This document shows, one piece after another, positions 25,250 to 38,699 of a stretch of 64,000 nucleotides of DNA (position 1 is the stretch's first letter; each line of letters begins with the position of its first letter). The stretch lies in NCBI GenBank assembly GCA_024704765.1, contig JAKMXF010000111.1:1809627-1873626 (forward strand), written 5' to 3'. Both the position numbers and the translations under genes were made by a program. The notes beneath the pieces are model-generated. The model searched no databases. It was not told the origin of the DNA and was given only the letters and a program-made list of their open reading frames with translations. The stretch is from Oopsacas minuta (taxonomy: Eukaryota; Animalia; Porifera).

Positions 25250-28200
25250 GATCGTAAGGTAGCTAGTAAGATAGATAACGTTTTGCAAAGCGTCAGAAGG
25301 ATGTGTGAAAAGCGTATATAGAAAATACCACAAAATGAATTCAATTAAATCTTTTTATAGGATGTGAATATATGTTATGGAGAATATTTAATCATTGTGT
25401 GTTTTTTATATATAACACAACTCAACAAGATTTCTCATCAGAGATCGCATACATTTATCTTAGCATACTTTTGAATGCTGAACTCGAATCTGCAATCAGA
25501 ATTTCTCTAGCACGTCTAGTTATTCTGAAATCCAATATCCATTTTTTCAATAGTATAGTATTACCTAGTTACTAAATTGCTATATGAGCATGCCTATTTT
25601 GATTCAATTATCTGGAATATAAATGACTTTACTTACTTGAATTCAAGCAAATCAAATTATAAACATGCATCGTAATTGTAGAGCTCATTCCGACAATTTC
25701 TGTTACGTTTGTGGTCTTTTTTGCGTAAAATCACAAAGACGACCAATCACAAGTCAATTAAAGATTTTCTATGGTTTCATTTGTCCTTCTTTGCCTTGAT
25801 AGTTGGACGGAAACTACTTGTTCCCATGTATGTGTAGAACTCACTAAGAAGGGAATGGAATTATAATTTTCTTGGATAATCAACTAGATTGCATTTAGCC
25901 GAGAATATGAACATGTATAACTCACTATTTGGCTAGCAGTTGTGTATTTTCATCGCATTATCGTTGTATCTTGGCCTAGATATTTCCCCGAGTGTATCCC
26001 AAATGTTCCACAATTCATAAATCATCCGAAACTTAATGAAATGATTTGATCTAGCCTGTGCAACCACGAAGTCATATGGACTTAGACATACACCCTCTAC
26101 AGAAACATTTAATTGCAATCTATTCAAAAATCCATAAAATCCAATTCAATCATCTTTAAGTGAGTTATAAACACATTTGGCAACAAGTAGGAGGTCAAGG
26201 AAACTTTCTGCCAACTCTCAGGCTCAAGATCAACGATAATGAGATGAAAAACCACATCTGCTATATAAATTGTCAAAAATATATACTTTTACATTTTCGA
26301 CAAGGGACAGCATAGAAAACACTTGTCAAACAAATGACAACTTAGAAATTCGAACATTTGAAAGCGCTCCGTTGTGCCCATATCCACTTATTACTCGATT
26401 ATCCTTGAAATAATGGTCAAATCAGAATGATTGTTTCCTTCATACTGTGTAAAGGTGTGCATATGTAGAGTATTCACGTTTGTGGCTTGGGAGTTTGAGA
26501 ATATTTGAAATTTATACCACTTCTGTTTTTCTTAGTCCATATTTTGGCCGCTCAACATTTCATAACTTCCTCATGAGTATGGTTTGGAATTCCAAGTTTT
26601 CCCCTTTTACCCTCTAAATTGTTTTTGTTGCATTTTTCGATAGTCATCTACCTTACGAAGAACTGGAAATTTTTTGGAGCTCTATCTTAATTATTTTGGA
26701 AATTATTTTAGATTTAGGCAGCATCCCCTAATTTTAGCCTCACACCACCCAGCCATAAGGGGAATCAATACCCTAATATATACACATTTGGAAGACTGAT
26801 GAAATATGAACTATTGCGTGAATAGTATCTACTATATGTATATAACATGATGTATAAATTTCATAGCCCTAACTCAGATAGTTTTTATGATATTTGCTCC
26901 CAAAGGTCAATCTTTCCCCCTCCCCCCCCCTGTATTACAGATTTTGGCCTCCCTAGGGGGGTACCCATGATATTACCTCATGATACACTCTCTATGAATT
27001 GGTATTAAGCATACTATATTGTGCAATCAGTATATACAGGGTGTCTCAAAATTATTGCGGTGTTGTAAAATACTCAATAACTTCAGAATTAATACACTTT
27101 GATAAAATTCTATTTGCCAATATATTCCCTGACAATTCTATAAATTTCTGAACGCGCATTGGCATCCCTAAGTACAATCTTTCTAAAATATCAGGGTCGA
27201 TTGATGACCAAGCATTTTTTAGCATCTTTTCCAAATCATTAACGTTGACAGCAGGCTTCATCTTGTCAATCTTATCTTGAACGATTGACCAAATATTCTC
27301 AATTGGGTTGAGATCCGGAGAGTTGCCTGGCCACTTCTGTTTCTCCCAGAACCCAGGTAAGTTCTGTCTGCACCAGTCTTGAGTCTTTCTAGCTGTATGA
27401 GCCGGAGCTCCATCCTGCATAAATATCGCTTTGGACATGTCTGGTATCATTTTCCTTTCTAAGATCCCTCCATTTTCATCTGTTCTACGCAACGCTTGAA
27501 TACATGGCCCTTCTAGAATCTCGTCTACATAATATTTCGCATTAATTGTCTCTTTTTGAGGCAATATATGGAGTGTAGAAAGCGCTTAATAGCTCACCAT
27601 ACCCCAAACCATCACTTTTGCGGGAAATTTAACAGTTTGGCGGGGAGTTACTTGTGTACCGTCTCTTGCCCATATTCGATCGTTCTGTGGATTCGATGGG
27701 TGAAATAACTCATAGGGAGATTCGTCTGACAAGAGTACACCTTTCCAATCATCCACTGTCCAATTCACCTTATTCATACAGAAGCTTAGTCTGTTTTTCT
27801 TATGAAATTCTGTTAGTAAGGGGGTTTTTGGTCTTTTATAAGGGTGAACCTTTAAATCCTTGAACAAATACTGGTGTACAGTGTCCTTTGGGTACAATTG
27901 CAGAATCTTACACCCCAACTTTTTTAATGTGGTCAAAAATCCCTATATGCACCGTTCAAGAACTCGTTGAGAGAAGTTGATAGAGCTAAAGAAATCCAAA
28001 ATCGGATTAAAATTGACAAAGTTACGAAAAATTTACTCCCTAAGCCAAATCCTATGGGGAAAATTGTATTACCCACTATAGTCAAATTGTATTGATTTAT
28101 ACATTACAATTACCATAGGAATGCTCATACTGTTGATATTGCGGTTATACACGCTTGTTACTCTACTCTTTCATGCTCATTTGTTTGCTATTCAGTGTAT

Positions 28201-28733
28201 TTCACTGCAGGTAATTTTGTTACTTTAAAGGAAAGCTGGTTATTACATAATTCTGTCTGCAACACTAAATATACAATGCAACATTTCATTTCATATTTTA
28301 TACTATGGCACCTCGATAATTCGACCTAGTTAATGGAATTCCCGATATGACACATATATTTGCATATATTCTGTTTCCTAAAATGGTAGTTTAATTTGTA
28401 TTACTCCGCGAAGGTAAACCAATTTTGATCGTTCGTTTGTGTTCGTATCAATGTTAGAAACAATTCATGTACTATTTAATCGCATAGTTATGATCCAGCT
28501 TCTCTCCAGGTGCGTTAGTAATGTTGGAACAAAGTTTTCATGGGTTTCTACTTATGATAGTGGACAGAATATTAAATATATGACACCCCCATAGCTGGAT
28601 ATAATACTATGGGTGGTCGTTATATTTGAAGTAACTAATTAGTATTGAGTTTTCTATACACTACTTTAACTACAAATCTACAATATAACAAGTAGTGCTA
28701 CAAAAGAAACACCAAAGCAGAAGTATGGTACTG

Positions 28734-29678
28734 TTAGACAACTGGATATTGTTTCCTTATTTCCATGATAAGGTTGGAGAAACTAGCTTCTCCATATTTC
28801 TTCTGCCAACAAACTTCAGATATGTGGGTATCTAAAAGTATGGGGTTAGTAGTCATGCAATTCCTCAGCCGTTTCTTCGCACCACCCCATGTACTCTCAA
28901 CTGTTTGCGTATGTACACCTGTAGTAGGGTCAACAAAATTGAGACTATGGTTGACGGTGAGATGCTGAAAACTTGCAGCGGGGATAGAATTATACGATGC
29001 CCATTCGTCAGAAAGTATGGTAGTGCCCGGAAGAATATATCTCTGGATGAGAGGGACTAATGTTGCAGCCGACCTGTCTTGAACAGGTATCATAAAGATA
29101 TCTTTTGTCTCTCTATCTATTCCTCCAAATACCCATTGACCTGATAGCATACGACCTCTTGAATACTTTCGATATCCAAACTTTGATTCATCTATTTCTA
29201 CAATATGCTCAGGCCCTCCAATTGGTTGAGGATTGACTAAAAATTCTTCAACACATAGGTCTCTGAGGAAGTTCTTCCAGTCTGTTATAGTATGCTCTCC
29301 TCACCCCAGATTCTTGTGTAAAAAGGCAGTAGTTTGAAGATTATCGGCCCAGAAATTGAGAAATTCTACCAACTCAGTTAACGGTATATGAGCACCTTCA
29401 AAGAATGAGCCAATCCTCATCGAAGCGAATTTCTTGCATGACTTTTCCGGGCACCTCCACTCCTTTCCATCTGCAATACCTGAAAATGTTCCGGGTCTCA
29501 TAATTCTACCGCATTTGCACATCATCCCGGTAGCTAAAAGTCCGTTACTTTTGAGCCATGCTATACAAGTATCTTCATCAATAGTGATTTTACGAAAAAG
29601 TTGTTTTAAGGTCATTTCTTCAATAACTGGAAATATTGTAGGAACCAGCAGAGGTTGAAACGATGGAGCAACTGCCAC
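28734..29678 (-). pseudogene. Merlin transposase, 314 codons with one in-frame TGA at 29301-29303
   Basis: Zn ribbon CKC..WRCPEKSC, VEIDESKF, GQWVFGG, ILSDEWASY, HLTVNHS..FVDP..GVHTQTVES. The two listed ORFs share a frame across the single stop. Confidence 0.92.
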
Positions 29679-30795
29679 TAAGGGTTTTATAATAGAAATA
29701 TCACAACTCGAATAATTAGGATTTGTTAGTTATATTTCCCTGATATTCCTTTTATACTTGACTTAAGATTGATCGAAATACATTGTATGATCGTTTGGAA
29801 TGTATTCTTTAAGTATAGGTAATAATTACATGTGGTTTGCATGCCACTTTCCTAAACCATTTGTTGTTCAACTCAGTAACCAGACAAACAGCATTCCAAT
29901 TATACTAAATTTTGTATGTAATAGATACTGGTATAACTATGAACACATCAACAAATCTATACAATAGAAATTACATCTGAAACCACATATTTTTACCACA
30001 CTTCTCATGTTTAATCTCAAGCATATTTACCATATTTTAGGTGATTGTTGGTTGTAAAGAAAATTTATGTAAATAATCCCATAATCAAATAAATTTCTCA
30101 TTCGGATCGTTATATTGTCTTCCGATAACAATAAGTAGTAAATAGAATTTGATTTGGCCACATTAATCCCAAATTAAGCGATGTACCTAGTACGTAGCTT
30201 ATTACAACTTCCTAAATCAAGAGAAAATCGTCTTGAGTGAGTTACTAATTTCACTCGATTACCTAAATTTGTCCTAATTAAGCGGAGTTGACTGTCTAAT
30301 AATACTGGCATTGTAGGGACGCAGGAATCACAAACTTACTGTTGCAGCATTCATCACATCTCACCATTAATATACATTGCTAATTATTGGTTCGGAGCGA
30401 CCGCCGAACCTGTTACACGACCTCATAAGGCCCAGTACTGTAAACTTCCGTTATAAGCTAACATCAATTATATGACTAAACTCACGCTATAACAAAGTGA
30501 TTCACAAACCTCCTCCAGCTTGAAAGTATTGATCTTACTCCGCATATATCCTAATGCTGCAGATCACGAAATGTAACCGGGTTCCGTACCAGTCCAGAAC
30601 ACTTCGTTATAATGAGAATGTGTTGCAGTTACAAACTGATTGCACTTGCTCAAGTTTATCTATAATAGACATTTGACCCCACACATTTGGTTCAGGCAAG
30701 AAATACCACCCGTATTATATTAGCTATCCAAAACTTGATACTTTTGCTCTGCACTGGCTAAACATTATCGGGGTATTACAGGGCAAGTGTCAACC

Positions 30796-31021
30796 CCATA
30801 CTTGCCAACATGAGTGAAGATAAAATGCGGGACAGAAGGGGCTAATTGAGCGGGACATCGTCGGATGTAGCATATTTGTATTAGACTGGACTACAAAATA
30901 GAGGGACAATTAAGGGTTTTGTCAAGTTTTGGCTGGACATTAGCCTCATTGGCAGTCAACACATATTCGGGGCGAGTAATCGTGGTGTCTCGCCAACCAA
31001 CGGAACAGTTGGCAAGTATGG
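30796..31021. mobile_element. MITE with 14-bp TIRs nested inside Merlin
   Basis: ccatacttgccaac / gttggcaagtatgg, with internal gggaca repeats. No clear TSD. Confidence 0.55.
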
Positions 31022-32560
31022 TACGTTTGAACGACTTCACATACAGAATGCAATTTAGTTGCATGCATAATATGAAATGAAATGTTGCATTGTATATTTA
31101 GTGTTGCAGACAGAATTATGTAATAACCAGCTTTCCTTTAAAGTAACAAAATTACCTGCAGTGAAGTACACTGAATAGCAAACAAATGAACATGAAAGAG
31201 TAGAGTAACAAGCGTGTATAACCGCAATATCAACAGTATGAGCATTCCTATGGTAATTGTAATGTATAAATCAATACAATTTGACTATAGTGGGTAATAC
31301 AATTTTCCCCATAGGATTTGGCTTAGGGAGTAAATTTTTCGTAACTTTGTCAATTTTAATCCGATTTTGGATTTCTTTAGCTCTATCAACTTCTCTCAAC
31401 GAGTTCTTGAACGGTGCATATAGGGATTTTTGACCACATTAAAAAAGTTGGGGGTGTAAGATTCTGCAATTGTACCGTCCTTTGAAACAGTATTCCCATG
31501 TTTGTAAGTTTCTTAGCCATAGATCTTGTCGACTTGTGTCTCTTGCCCAATGATTCGCGATAACAATCTTTGAGACTCTGGATAACTTTTTCGGACGTCC
31601 AGCACCCCCCTTATGTTGTAGGCTTTTATGTGCTTTATGTTTGTACTACCATCTTTGTATGGTTGAAACATCTTTTCCAAGAGAGAGAGCAACGGTCTTT
31701 TGTGTTTACCACTAAGCAGCATTCCAATGGCCCTGTTACGGACTTCAACTTTCTCTAAACGCACATTCATCTGCTAATAATTCGCTAATACTCTAAGCTT
31801 ATCTCAAAATTCCATTAATAACTACAACCATCTATGGTATAATGCATATTAATAATTACTACGGTTGGCTTATAAAATTCGCACTAGTAAATTGAAGCTG
31901 TATCCGATTACACTGTTCTTATTTCATTATAGTTGATCTAATACAACACCGAAATAATTTTGTGACACCCTGTAGGCTATTTATGTTATTATGTAATGTA
32001 TTTTGCAAACTATTTGCAATAAATGACCATTTTTCCATTCGAAAAGTAGTGATTCTTCTTCCTCGATTTTCTGGGAACATTTAAGCAGCCATTTCCTAAT
32101 TCTCGAAATGTATAACTCGGCATATATATATAAGCTAGATTAAAAAACTTAACGGTTTGGGGTGATCTCACACCCTTGAGAAAGGTATGTTGAAAGGTTT
32201 TTCGTTATATGTTGAATAGTAGTAATTATTGAATTTTCAAGATGTTTAGCCAGAAATATATTGTTAGATGAAGTAGCTGATGTATATAGTTGCTTCATTC
32301 AATAAATTGAAATTATAATCAACTTGCTTTTCTTCCTTGGCGATTTCAAAAAATAGCTATGTCGATTACAATTATTTACTTGCTTGACTTTCTCATAGTA
32401 TATTTTGAAAGTTCACCACTTATATATTTCAAAATTTTTTCAATATTTTTATGTAAAAACATTAATGCATTTTAGAATACTTGACGATGATCCAAATTCC
32501 TGGTAAAGATCGATCAACTGGAAGTTATCACATGTCTCTAGACATACTTACCCATTAGAG

Positions 32561-32915
32561 CAGTGGTTCTTAACCTTATTTCAACCATTTCCTCCGTTGT
32601 ACCCAATAATGATTTTCCCCTTCTACTAAGAAGTAGTTGAGGACTTAAATGTCTATTTGATCGATTTTCTTACATTTTATACTATTGGATCCAGATTGTT
32701 ATTTATTTATCAAGTTAGCATTCTTTCTATTCATCAAGATTTTGAATCCTGATAAATTTACTTGTTTAGGTTAGTATCATTCAAGTTAGTATTGTTTTCT
32801 ATTGGTTAAGATTTCGAATCCTTGAAGAAGTTACGTTTTACTGTATAGTCTACTTTTTCTGAGAAAAATTTAGCGTCCTAGATCCTTACATTTCCCCTTG
32901 GTTTCTGGACCCCTG
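32561..32915. mobile_element. hAT (Charlie-like) MITE
   Basis: cagtggttct.. / ..ggacccctg termini, with 8-bp TSD cattagag / ccttagag (7 of 8 match). Confidence 0.6.
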
Positions 32916-33399
32916 CCTTAGAGGTAGATTCAAAAACTCAACGGTTTTGGACACATCTCGGAATGTATTAAAAGTAAGTAGAAATCGGGTCCTTAATATT
33001 ATCAATTTTTATAGTTGTAATAATTTGAAACTTTTGTTTTGAACTATGACACAAGGGGCATAGGGGGCTAATGTCCCCCTTTTAAACCCTTGCTCCTGGG
33101 CTATTCGATTGGCTTAAATATTGTGTTGAATACGATGTGGCTTTATGGTATCCTTGTAGAATATTTAAGTTCCTAATTCCAATAAAACAGGATTTTTTTG
33201 TACAGATTATAACGTATTTGCCAGATTTCTTCAACAATTGGAAATAAGTTCTTAGATTAATTTCAAAGCATGTACACGCACGCCACTAGTGTTCATCAAA
33301 TTGAAGCCTTAAAATTATGGAGGGAGTCCTGACAGTGCGAGAATGAGATCTTACTACCTCATGAACAAAGACCAAAATGCGTGGTTAGGAGTGTTTTCA

Positions 33400-34600
33400 T
33401 TATATCCAAGTTTCTGAGTACAAATGGGTGACCTTTTCGAGGGAGTAGAGATAATACTATGTTTTATGAAAGCGAATGTGACACTGATTGTGGAACCGAA
33501 AATGAAAATGAATTTAGCCATTAAGAATTTGAGACATAAAGGTGGCTGTCTTTTTCTTATTTTATCTGAAGATCTTATCATTAAAGTGCAACCTGAACTT
33601 CTGGAAATCACTAAAAATCTCCCTAAAATGCGAAGTATTGTTCGTCCTCTTTCAAAATCAAGTAATTAAATTGTTGGATGTCATATTACCTGGTAAAATT
33701 GTTGCTGATATAAAACAAGCTGAATTATTCACTCTGATTGTTGACGACACAAACGACAAAAATGGCATAGAAATCTAGGCGATAGTTTTGCGGTATATAT
33801 CCAATTCAGGAGTTGAACAACATCTGCTTACACTTTCCATGCATTTAATTTTTCTCCTTGTGTATTCTTAATGAAATGAAAAGTGTCCTTAATCCACATG
33901 GCATATCATTTGAAGGCCTCGTATCAATACTTTTGACCTCACCTAAAATATGTCTAGGTTTGAAGGTGCTGTACAAGCCTATATCCAAAATTATTGTGAA
34001 CGAAATGTCGTGTATGTTCATTCCTACGATCATAGGATACACCTAGTTGTTGAAGCGATTTTGAAAAGTATTCCTGCAGTTGAGGATTTTTCAGTTTTCT
34101 TATGTCACTCTATACATTGTTTAAGTTGGATTCCATTCCGAGAATTTACAAAGGTAAAACAGTAATAACGACCCGATGTTCAGGAGATCTCGAATCTCTG
34201 AGCATATTGTATTATCAGAGACGCTAGATACGAAGAATCCTTAAGAATGCCGTCACATCCACAGAAGTGCAATCTCACTATAGACTCTGTTGATACATCA
34301 AAATGATATGAACTTTCTGTTGATGTTTTACTTTATGTAATAATGCCGATTAATATTCTAACACTTTGTTTCAAACTCCCAATTTCGACTCCAGCATTGC
34401 CAAACTTTCCAAGTTGTGGGGAGATGAATTACTCGTACTTTTGCTTAACCGTTCAGTTTGTATTATGTCCCCAGAATCAAGCCGACAGGTATATTTTATA
34501 TAGATAAAGGTCAGATATGTTCTATATAGCAGCGTTATTTTGAAGCAGCCAAGTTTGTGTGCGAAGAGTTCCTCTAATAACGACGCATTCACTGCTAAGT
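33400..34600 (+). pseudogene. Degraded hAT transposase (DUF4371/ZMYM1-like)
   Basis: Fragments FQNQVIKLLD..IKQAELFTLIVDDTNDKNGIEI*AIVLRY and MSRFEGAVQAYI..VVYVHSYDHRIHLVV (CxxH region). Heavily frameshifted. Confidence 0.65.
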
Positions 34601-35417
34601 GATTCAAAATAGCTTTCTAGAGGTTACTGTTGATTCAAGTATTATTTATATTTATATCCATGGGATTAATTTATTCTATAATTCTCTCGTTAATACGAAA
34701 CAAAAGTGACTTTCGAAATTGGTTGGTGGTCTCTTAGATTCATATACAAATGGGTAGTTAAAAAGTTACTTGATGCTATAAAGGGTTTTTGTACTACAAA
34801 CGATCAGCGTGGCATAGGGAGGGTAAAAATTTGAGGAATTTTACTTCATATCATTTCCGTTTAAATTGCCATTAACTAGTTTGATTCAGTTACAAGGGCT
34901 GGTGGGAAACCTTGTCTGAACTAGCTGGGTTTTCTGCTGACGCGACTACCTTATAGGAAAACTCGTCCCCCCAGATGAAACGTCCTGGCAACGTTCCTAC
35001 TATAGCATAACTTGAATGATTCATTATATAGACTCTTTATTTTACTTACTTTTCAGTTTATTGTATTAGAAACAAGATACACCAACGATTGGACTATTTC
35101 AGTCTGCAAAATTTCCCAAGCCATTTACAGTCTAACAATGCATTAGTTTTTCACACATATGTATGAAATAATATTTTCGTTTTTGAATCTACTAGATGTC
35201 CACATCCGCAGGGAAAATTTCAAAACTAACGGACGACCGGGCAATGTGGCACTTAATTACTTCCAACTCCCCCTTATATGTTGAAATATATTTGCATTTT
35301 GGAAAAAACATGGAGCACAGGTTACCAAACTAAATCCTATTCACTGTATTTAACCATGCATTACTTCTAATCTATTAAATTTGACTTACAATTTTAATTT
35401 TATCGATAAAACATAAC

Positions 35418-36878
35418 TGGTGCATTTTGACTAAAATATATGTATAACTGATAGTTAATAGTTTACAGAGGCCATGTTATCCAACTATTATCAGTTTGAA
35501 ATGACGTCATCTTTTTAGTTGGAAGGGCAATATGGTGTTAAGAATACCCTATTTTCACTACCGCGTCCTGGATTTAAGAATTTATATCAAGTGATCTAGG
35601 GTGTTCATACATAAATATATAATTTTGTAACTAAAAATTGTCACGTAAATGAGTTATATTAGATACCATGGATGGCACTTATGAGTAAATACCCTTATGA
35701 CTCGATAGTCGCTAGAGTTATTATCAAGTAAGTCCAACCAATATATACTAAATATCCAACTTCCCATGCCCCTTCTGATATTTTGATACGATGGCTCAAA
35801 CCGGTGTGAAGCATTCATGGTATGTGTCCATATTTGTTCATTATCAAGATTATGCAATAGTCATATGCCTAGAGTTATTCATTATATTAACTCAATCTTA
35901 CGGAGCACTCGAAATTTTATAATACGTCTCTGATTTTATCTATATTTATATTCATAATAGTAAGCATTGAAATGGCATTTAGTAGGTACTTATTCTGAAG
36001 TAAACTGTTTGATCTAGACTATATGATCTAGATTGTTCTTTTTTGTCAAATTAGCATTGTTTCCTATTGATCAAGATTTGGAATCTTGGAAGAATAGATT
36101 GTTATTAGAAATTTGGTCGTGATTATGTGTTTGAAAATAATGTTTCGTTCCTAAACAAATTGAATAGCGGGGTGGGTCGTAATTCCAAAATCAATTAATA
36201 CTAATGTTAATTAGTAGTTGAACGAGAATATCAAAAGTAGCAGCAATATCGGGATGATCGTTATTCTGAGGTGGTCGTTGAGCGGGATTCACAATTGGTA
36301 TATTCGTACAGTAAATTATTGATAAAATATCCGGAAAGTATAATTATTTTTGATTAAAATAATCATGATTTCATACTCTGTTCATTTATGTTTCTCGGAC
36401 TCTTTAACAGAAAGCTGACGGGGCGAGCCCCGGCTGCCCCGTCATACTCTACGCCTATAGCAATAGTGCTTCATGTTATCGGATGAAAAGATATTACAAG
36501 GGTATGAGAAGTTGGGTATATAGTACATAATATTTAGAATTATTTGTTAATATCTCTCTCGATCTTCGAGTTAAAAATGGATATTGCTGAAACATGTGGC
36601 ATCCATGGTACCTCATATAACCCAGTAACGCGACAACTTTATAGCTACAAAAATTTATAATTTCTAACATAAACTTCCTTGGATCACTTGATATTATTTT
36701 TGGAATCGAAGACGCAATAGTGATCTTTTGTCAGAGCTTTAGAAATGGTGCATTTTTAACAACATTTTCCCTTCTAACTAAATAGATGACGTCATTTCCA
36801 GCTGGAAATAGTTGGATAACATGGCATTTGTAAATTCCTAACTATCAATATTACAATTATTCGAGCCAAAATGCACCA
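35418..36878. repeat. Diverged ~125-bp inverted repeat pair (35418-35542 / 36756-36878), probably an old TIR element
   Basis: Shared blocks tggtgcatttt, gccatgttatccaactatt, aaatgacgtcatct and ttagtt.gaaggg in inverted orientation. Outer ends and TSD are not resolved. Confidence 0.55.
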
Positions 36879-37201
36879 ATTTTATATTATCAAGAAAATT
36901 CAACTGGAAATCAAATTTCTTAGACTTGATGAAATCCATGGTCCTGGAAATTCTCGACGGTGGATAGGTTTTTGTTTCGTAGGCTGTGTACATGAAGGTC
37001 CATATCCGCGAAGATATTTTCCAAAAGATTGGATAACTAGATCTTGAGCAGTTGTCTACAGTATAGTCACCCCTTCTCGATATATCCGATATTTTATCGG
37101 TATTTCCATATTTCTCGCTATATCATATCGTTATCTTTTATGTTTCCTAAATTAGGATATTTGTAAAATTTGCTTGTTCTATCTAATTATCTTTCAACAA
37201 G

Positions 37202-38014
37202 ATGCCGAAGAAAAAGAGTGGATCCAGAAAGAAATCTGAGAGGGTAAAGTCCAAGAAGAAAGTAATGATGTTGAATAGAGATATATATGATCTTGGAAAA
37301 CATCCCAGTAATTTATTGATGGTATGTGACCAATGTCATCGAGTTCAGAAGAACCGTTCGTTTTGTTATTTCTGCTCATCTATAAATCAGTTAGCTCAAT
37401 GTGCTAACTGTGGTAAGATAAAGTGTATGTCTAAATTGGGAGATTGTGTTGTTAAACACCCCAAGTCATTTTCGACTGGGTTAACGATGGTGGGTGCTAT
37501 TTGTGACCATTGTGAAGGATTTATTTGTCACAGTAAGAAATGTCTAAGCACTCATGGGTGTGTTTGTCCGTTACAGGATGCTAATTGTACAGAATGCCAT
37601 CGTGGCGTGTGGTCACATGGTGGACGAATTTTCAAATGTGCTTTTTGTGAATCATTTCTTTGTGAAGATGATCAGTTCGAACATCAAGCCTCATGTCAGA
37701 AGCTATCCGGAGATGACTATAAATGTGGCACTTGTAATCGATATGGGCAATTTGTATGTTTAAACTGTAAAGTCTCTTTCTGTGATGAACATGTTAAGAG
37801 AAAGGGACACAAACCCGTCGAGAATTCTACGCCCTCTTGTCCAAAATGCTCTCTTCCAACCAAAGAAGTGTATACACTCTCTTTATCGGCTAAGAAATAT
37901 CAGTATGGAAAGAAAGTAAAAGATATTCAGTATGAGCAACACAGTTCACTTTCTGATGCTAATTCTAGTGACGAAATGAGTGATTCTTCTCAAAATCAAT
38001 TTTTCCCAAATTAG
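37202..38014 (+). CDS. ZNF330: Zinc finger protein 330 / nucleolar autoantigen 36 (NOA36), single exon, 270 aa
   Basis: Collinear with NOA36 motifs MPKKK.G.RKK.E, DLGKHP, CDQC.R.QKNRSFCYFC, TGLTMVGAICD, HGGRIFKC and LCEDDQFEHQASCQ. Intact ORF with AATAAA at ~38094. Confidence 0.95.
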   Translation: MPKKKSGSRKKSERVKSKKKVMMLNRDIYDLGKHPSNLLMVCDQCHRVQKNRSFCYFCSSINQLAQCANCGKIKCMSKLGDCVVKHPKSFSTGLTMVGAICDHCEGFICHSKKCLSTHGCVCPLQDANCTECHRGVWSHGGRIFKCAFCESFLCEDDQFEHQASCQKLSGDDYKCGTCNRYGQFVCLNCKVSFCDEHVKRKGHKPVENSTPSCPKCSLPTKEVYTLSLSAKKYQYGKKVKDIQYEQHSSLSDANSSDEMSDSSQNQFFPN

Positions 38015-38699
38015 GAATAAGAACTAATGATATATTCATTTATTTACGTAATATTTATTCCTTCATACTACTTTTATCTTGTCAAACTTTAATAATAAAA
38101 CTTTATATTAGGTATAGATAAGGAGTCGTTTTGGTAACTCCAGGGCAGTTATAGGATGCTTTCCCTTATATAAACATTTCACTATATTTTCCATGGATTA
38201 GTTTATTAAATTTGTTTGGCAATCTTTTTATTCTTTATAATACCAAATTTTTCTTGCCGCTAAATTATTATAGTTTAACAGGAATAGTGCTAGCCCAAAT
38301 GTATGTGGAACTTCTATATTCAGCCATTCAAAGTACAGTAAAACCTCCAAAAGGTGATCATCCTGCGGACAGGCAAAAATTTTCACTTTTGGGAGGTGTT
38401 CACTTTTCATGATTTATCATAAAGTGTTTTTGTGACAAAGAGTAGTAGTAAAATGTGTGAAAGTATTGTACAGCTAAATATGTTTTCCCTTCTGCCCCTT
38501 GTATGAGTAAGCCTCTAGTATATTGTAAAGCTACATCATCAAACATCCCTGCTTTCACAACTTGGGTCATAACAAAGCTAACAGCCAAGTCAAAATCTGG
38601 CAGAAAAACCGATGTTCACTTTCAAGAGGTTATATCTTATGTAATTTAAACATGTGGGACCAAATTAGGAGTTCAAACAGTTCAGATTACATATGATTC

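Larger units (their letters stand above)
27891..31476 (-). mobile_element. Merlin (IS1595/ISXO2-like) transposon with ~407-bp TIRs
   Basis: Near-perfect inverted repeats 27891-28297 and 31069-31476, starting GGTAC. Perfect 8-bp TSD GTCCTTTG at 27883-27890 and 31477-31484. Confidence 0.95.
27037..31972 (-). mobile_element. Tc1/mariner DD37E element split by a Merlin insertion
   Basis: TA-flanked TIRs cagggtgtc(t/a)caaaattatt. The ORF rejoins across the Merlin TSD (NTVSKDTVHQYLFKDL). Motifs LSDESPY, QDGAPAH and SPDLNPIENIW, with D-37-E spacing. Confidence 0.9.

Noticed and set aside
29301-29303. UGA-to-Trp recoding explaining stops at Trp positions
   Set aside because: Host genes use TGG for Trp, the GPCR ends with TGA, and TAG also replaces a Trp in the THAP remnant.
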